A stretch of 63,693 nucleotides of DNA, counting the filler, from Octopus bimaculoides (lineage: Eukaryota): assembly GCF_001194135.2 (NCBI RefSeq). It is 4 parts of 4 records of this genome, joined end to end, with 100 filler letters (N's around TTAATTAATTAA, not from the genome) between each part and the next. Parts side by side here need not be neighbours in the genome. Positions count along the whole stretch, not along the records: positions 61,460 to 63,693 come from NC_069010.1; 3 more parts are not named here. The stretch is one strand, 5' to 3'. Of this stretch, positions 61,460 to 63,693 are shown piece after piece. The notes beneath the pieces are model-generated. The model saw only the letters and a program-made list of their open reading frames with translations, was not told the DNA's origin and searched no databases. Position 1 is the first letter of the stretch. Every line of letters begins with the position of its first letter. The translations under genes were made by a program, and so were the position numbers.

Positions 61460-61700
61460 GAAACCGGATGGCAACACCAGGCTCCAATCTAATTTGGCAG
61501 AGTTTCTACAGCTGGATGCCCTTCCTAACGCCAACCACTCAGAGAGTGTAGTGGGTGCTTTTACGTGTCACCCGCACGAAAACGGCCACGCTCGAAATGG
61601 TGTCTTTTATGTGCCACCCGCACAAGCCAGTCCAGGGGCACTGGCAACGATCTCGCTCGAAAATCCTACAGGAACCAGTCAGGCGGTACTGGCAACGGCA
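61460..61700 (-). mobile_element. Dispersed repeat with an RTE-related GGAAGGGCATCCAGC core
   Basis: TTTCTACAGCTGGATGCCCTTCCTAACGCCAACCAC on the plus strand. Related pieces occur at about 35640-35790, 40630-40770, 44720-44778, 51340-51480 and 63390-63610. Confidence 0.6.
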
Positions 61701-61938
61701 TACAACAGGCTTCTTTCAGTTTCCATCTACCAAATCCACTCACCATGGTTATAGTAAAAACACTTGCCCAAGGTATTGTGCCGTAGGACTGAACTTGAGA
61801 CCACCTGGCTGAGAAGCAAGTTTCTTAACCACACAACCACACCAGTGCCTGTATTATTACGTCTACGTTTACCATCCCAGTTGTCTCCCCTTGTAGTCAT
61901 GATTGTTTTTTTGTTTTTTTTTGCGTTTGTTCTTGTAG

Positions 61939-62071
61939 GGAAATGTCTGCTCCTCTCTGAGTTGATTCCTGAACCAATGACGGCGTATGATGACAGCAAG
62001 CTGCTCAATCATGGTATTGGGTTCACCAATATTGTAGACCGCACAACAAGAGGCAGCGGAGACCTGAGCAA
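61939..62071 (+). CDS. TDG: G/T mismatch-specific thymine DNA glycosylase, internal exon
   Basis: cttgtag|GG AAA TGT...AGC AA|gtatgt gives (W)KCLLLSELIPEPMTAYDDSKLLNHGIGFTNIVDRTTRGSGDLS(K), matching TDG WKCLF.SG...GIGFTNMVERTTPGSKDLS. Confidence 0.92.
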
Positions 62072-62257
62072 GTATGTGATTTTTTTGTCATCATCATCAT
62101 CATCACCATCACCATCATCATCATTGACATCACCACCACCACCACTACTGTCATCATCTTCATTATCATCGCCACCACCATTATCATCATCATCATCATC
62201 TCTACCACCACCTCTACCACCACCACCATCATCATCATCATTATCACCACCGTCATC

Positions 62258-62289
<32 letters not shown>

Positions 62290-62810
62290 TGACATCACCA
62301 CCACCACCACNNNNNNNNNNNNNNNNNNNNNNNNNNNNNNNNNNNNNNNNNNNNNNNNNNNNNNNNNNNNNNNNNNNNNNNNNNNNNNNNNNNNNNNNNN
62401 NNNNNNNNNNNNNNNNNNNNNNNNNNNNNNNNNNNNNNNNNNNNNNNNNNNNNNNNNNNNNNNNNNNNNNNNNNNNNNNNNNNNNNNNNNNNNNNNNNNN
62501 NNNNNNNNNNNNNNNNNNNNNNNNNNNNNNNNNNNNNNNNNNNNNNNNNNNNNNNNNNNNNNNNNNNNNNNNNNNNNNNNNNNNNNNNNNNNNNNNNNNN
62601 NNNNNNNNNNNNNNNNNNNNNNNNNNNNNNNNNNNNNNNNNNNNNNNNNNNNNNNNNNNNNNNNNNNNNNNNNNNNNNNNNNNNNNNNNNNNNNNNNNNN
62701 NNNNNNNNNNNNNNNNNNNNNNNNNNNNNNNNNNNNNNNNNNNNNNNNNNNNNNNNNNTTCTGCCAGCTCGCTACCTTACTCTAATTATATATTTGCTCG
62801 TTATTTATAG

Positions 62811-62893
62811 AAAAGAAATCCGTGATGGAGGTAAGCAGTTGTTGGAAAAACTCAAATTCTACAGTCCGAAAATTGCTGTATTTAATGGCAAAG
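62811..62893 (+). CDS. TDG: G/T mismatch-specific thymine DNA glycosylase, next exon
   Basis: ttatag|A AAA GAA...AAA G|gtgag gives KEIRDGGKQLLEKLKFYSPKIAVFNGK, matching TDG KEFREGG..L..KL..Y.P.IAVFNGK. The phase 2 junction is consistent. Confidence 0.92.
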
Positions 62894-63662
62894 GTGAGAA
62901 TCGATATTTAGTTTGCTTTTTTCTTTTGTGTTTTTATATCGTTTTGTGTTTTATTTTTCCCTTTCATTTTCTTTCTATTTCTTCATCTACTATAATAATA
63001 CTCTTGTGTTTTTCTCCGTCACAACATATGAAGGAGAAAGGAAGGGGGTGACAGATGAGTAAGGAAGGAAGGGGTGATGGCAAACTTGGTAGTGGGATGA
63101 TGGAAGTTCTATGGTTCAGAAAAAGAAAATCAAACAGCGTTTCAACTCTGTGTGTGTATGTAAAAGGAAGTCATGTGAATGCATGTGTGTGTGTGTGTGT
63201 GCAATGGAAGTGGGATGGTGAACATTCAACGCTGAAAAGTAAAGTCAAACAACGTTTCAACTGTGTGTGTGTGTGTGTGTGTACAAGTGAAATATGTGAA
63301 TGTTTGTATGTGTGAACCAGTGTTCTTTCAGTAACAAATAATGATTAATGTCACATCTCGAAATACAACCACTAGATAACATTGACAAAAGTATTAATTT
63401 GAATTACCATCCATATTCTGAAAGTGAAATCGTGATGGCACCCATGCCCAGCGTCACCTTCCTTGCACTTGTGCCGGTGGCACATGTAAAGACATTCGAG
63501 CGAGATCGTTGCCGGTGCCACTGGACTGGCTCCTGTGGAGGTGACATGTAAAATACACCATTTTGAGCGTGGCCGTTGCCAGTACTGCCTGACTGGCTTT
63601 CGTGCATCACCACCACTACCACCACCTTCATCATCATCATCATTACTGCCACCACCACCACC

Positions 63663-63693
<31 letters not shown>

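Noticed and set aside
61939-62893. Functional link between TDG and the neighbouring CpG-decayed domain
   Set aside because: TDG acts in trans and the adjacency crosses two artificial joins, so this is coincidence as far as the sequence shows.

Overview
This is AT-rich eukaryotic genomic DNA with many microsatellites and assembly gaps. The repeat landscape suggests an octopus (inference only). Three 100-bp joins (N44-TTAATTAATTAA-N44) split the window into four separately assembled blocks: 1-25934, 26035-55952, 56053-61359 and 61460-63693. I reconstructed three spliced host genes by hand with consistent GT/AG phases. (1) A 5-coding-exon cytosolic sulfotransferase on the - strand (12364-18885) has TGA at a conserved Trp and Ser->Tyr in the 3'-phosphate-binding motif. 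(2) Ten exons on the + strand (33692-55371) encode the ectodomain of a gp130/Domeless-like type I cytokine receptor (Ig + cytokine-binding module + three FN3). (3) Two exons of thymine DNA glycosylase (TDG) lie at 61939-62893. The rest is decayed mobile DNA: two Penelope-like elements, two RLE-type non-LTR fragments, RTE, Tx1-like and CR1-like LINE tails, mariner, Tc1, a hAT MITE, Helitron ends, a candidate solo LTR and many tRNA-derived SINEs. The strongest signals not explained by the ORF track are three unrelated type I hammerhead ribozyme motifs, a possibly editable stop codon in the sulfotransferase, a perfect 59-bp fold-back, and a CpG-depleted domain covering the receptor gene. All calls come from reading the sequence; no searches were run.
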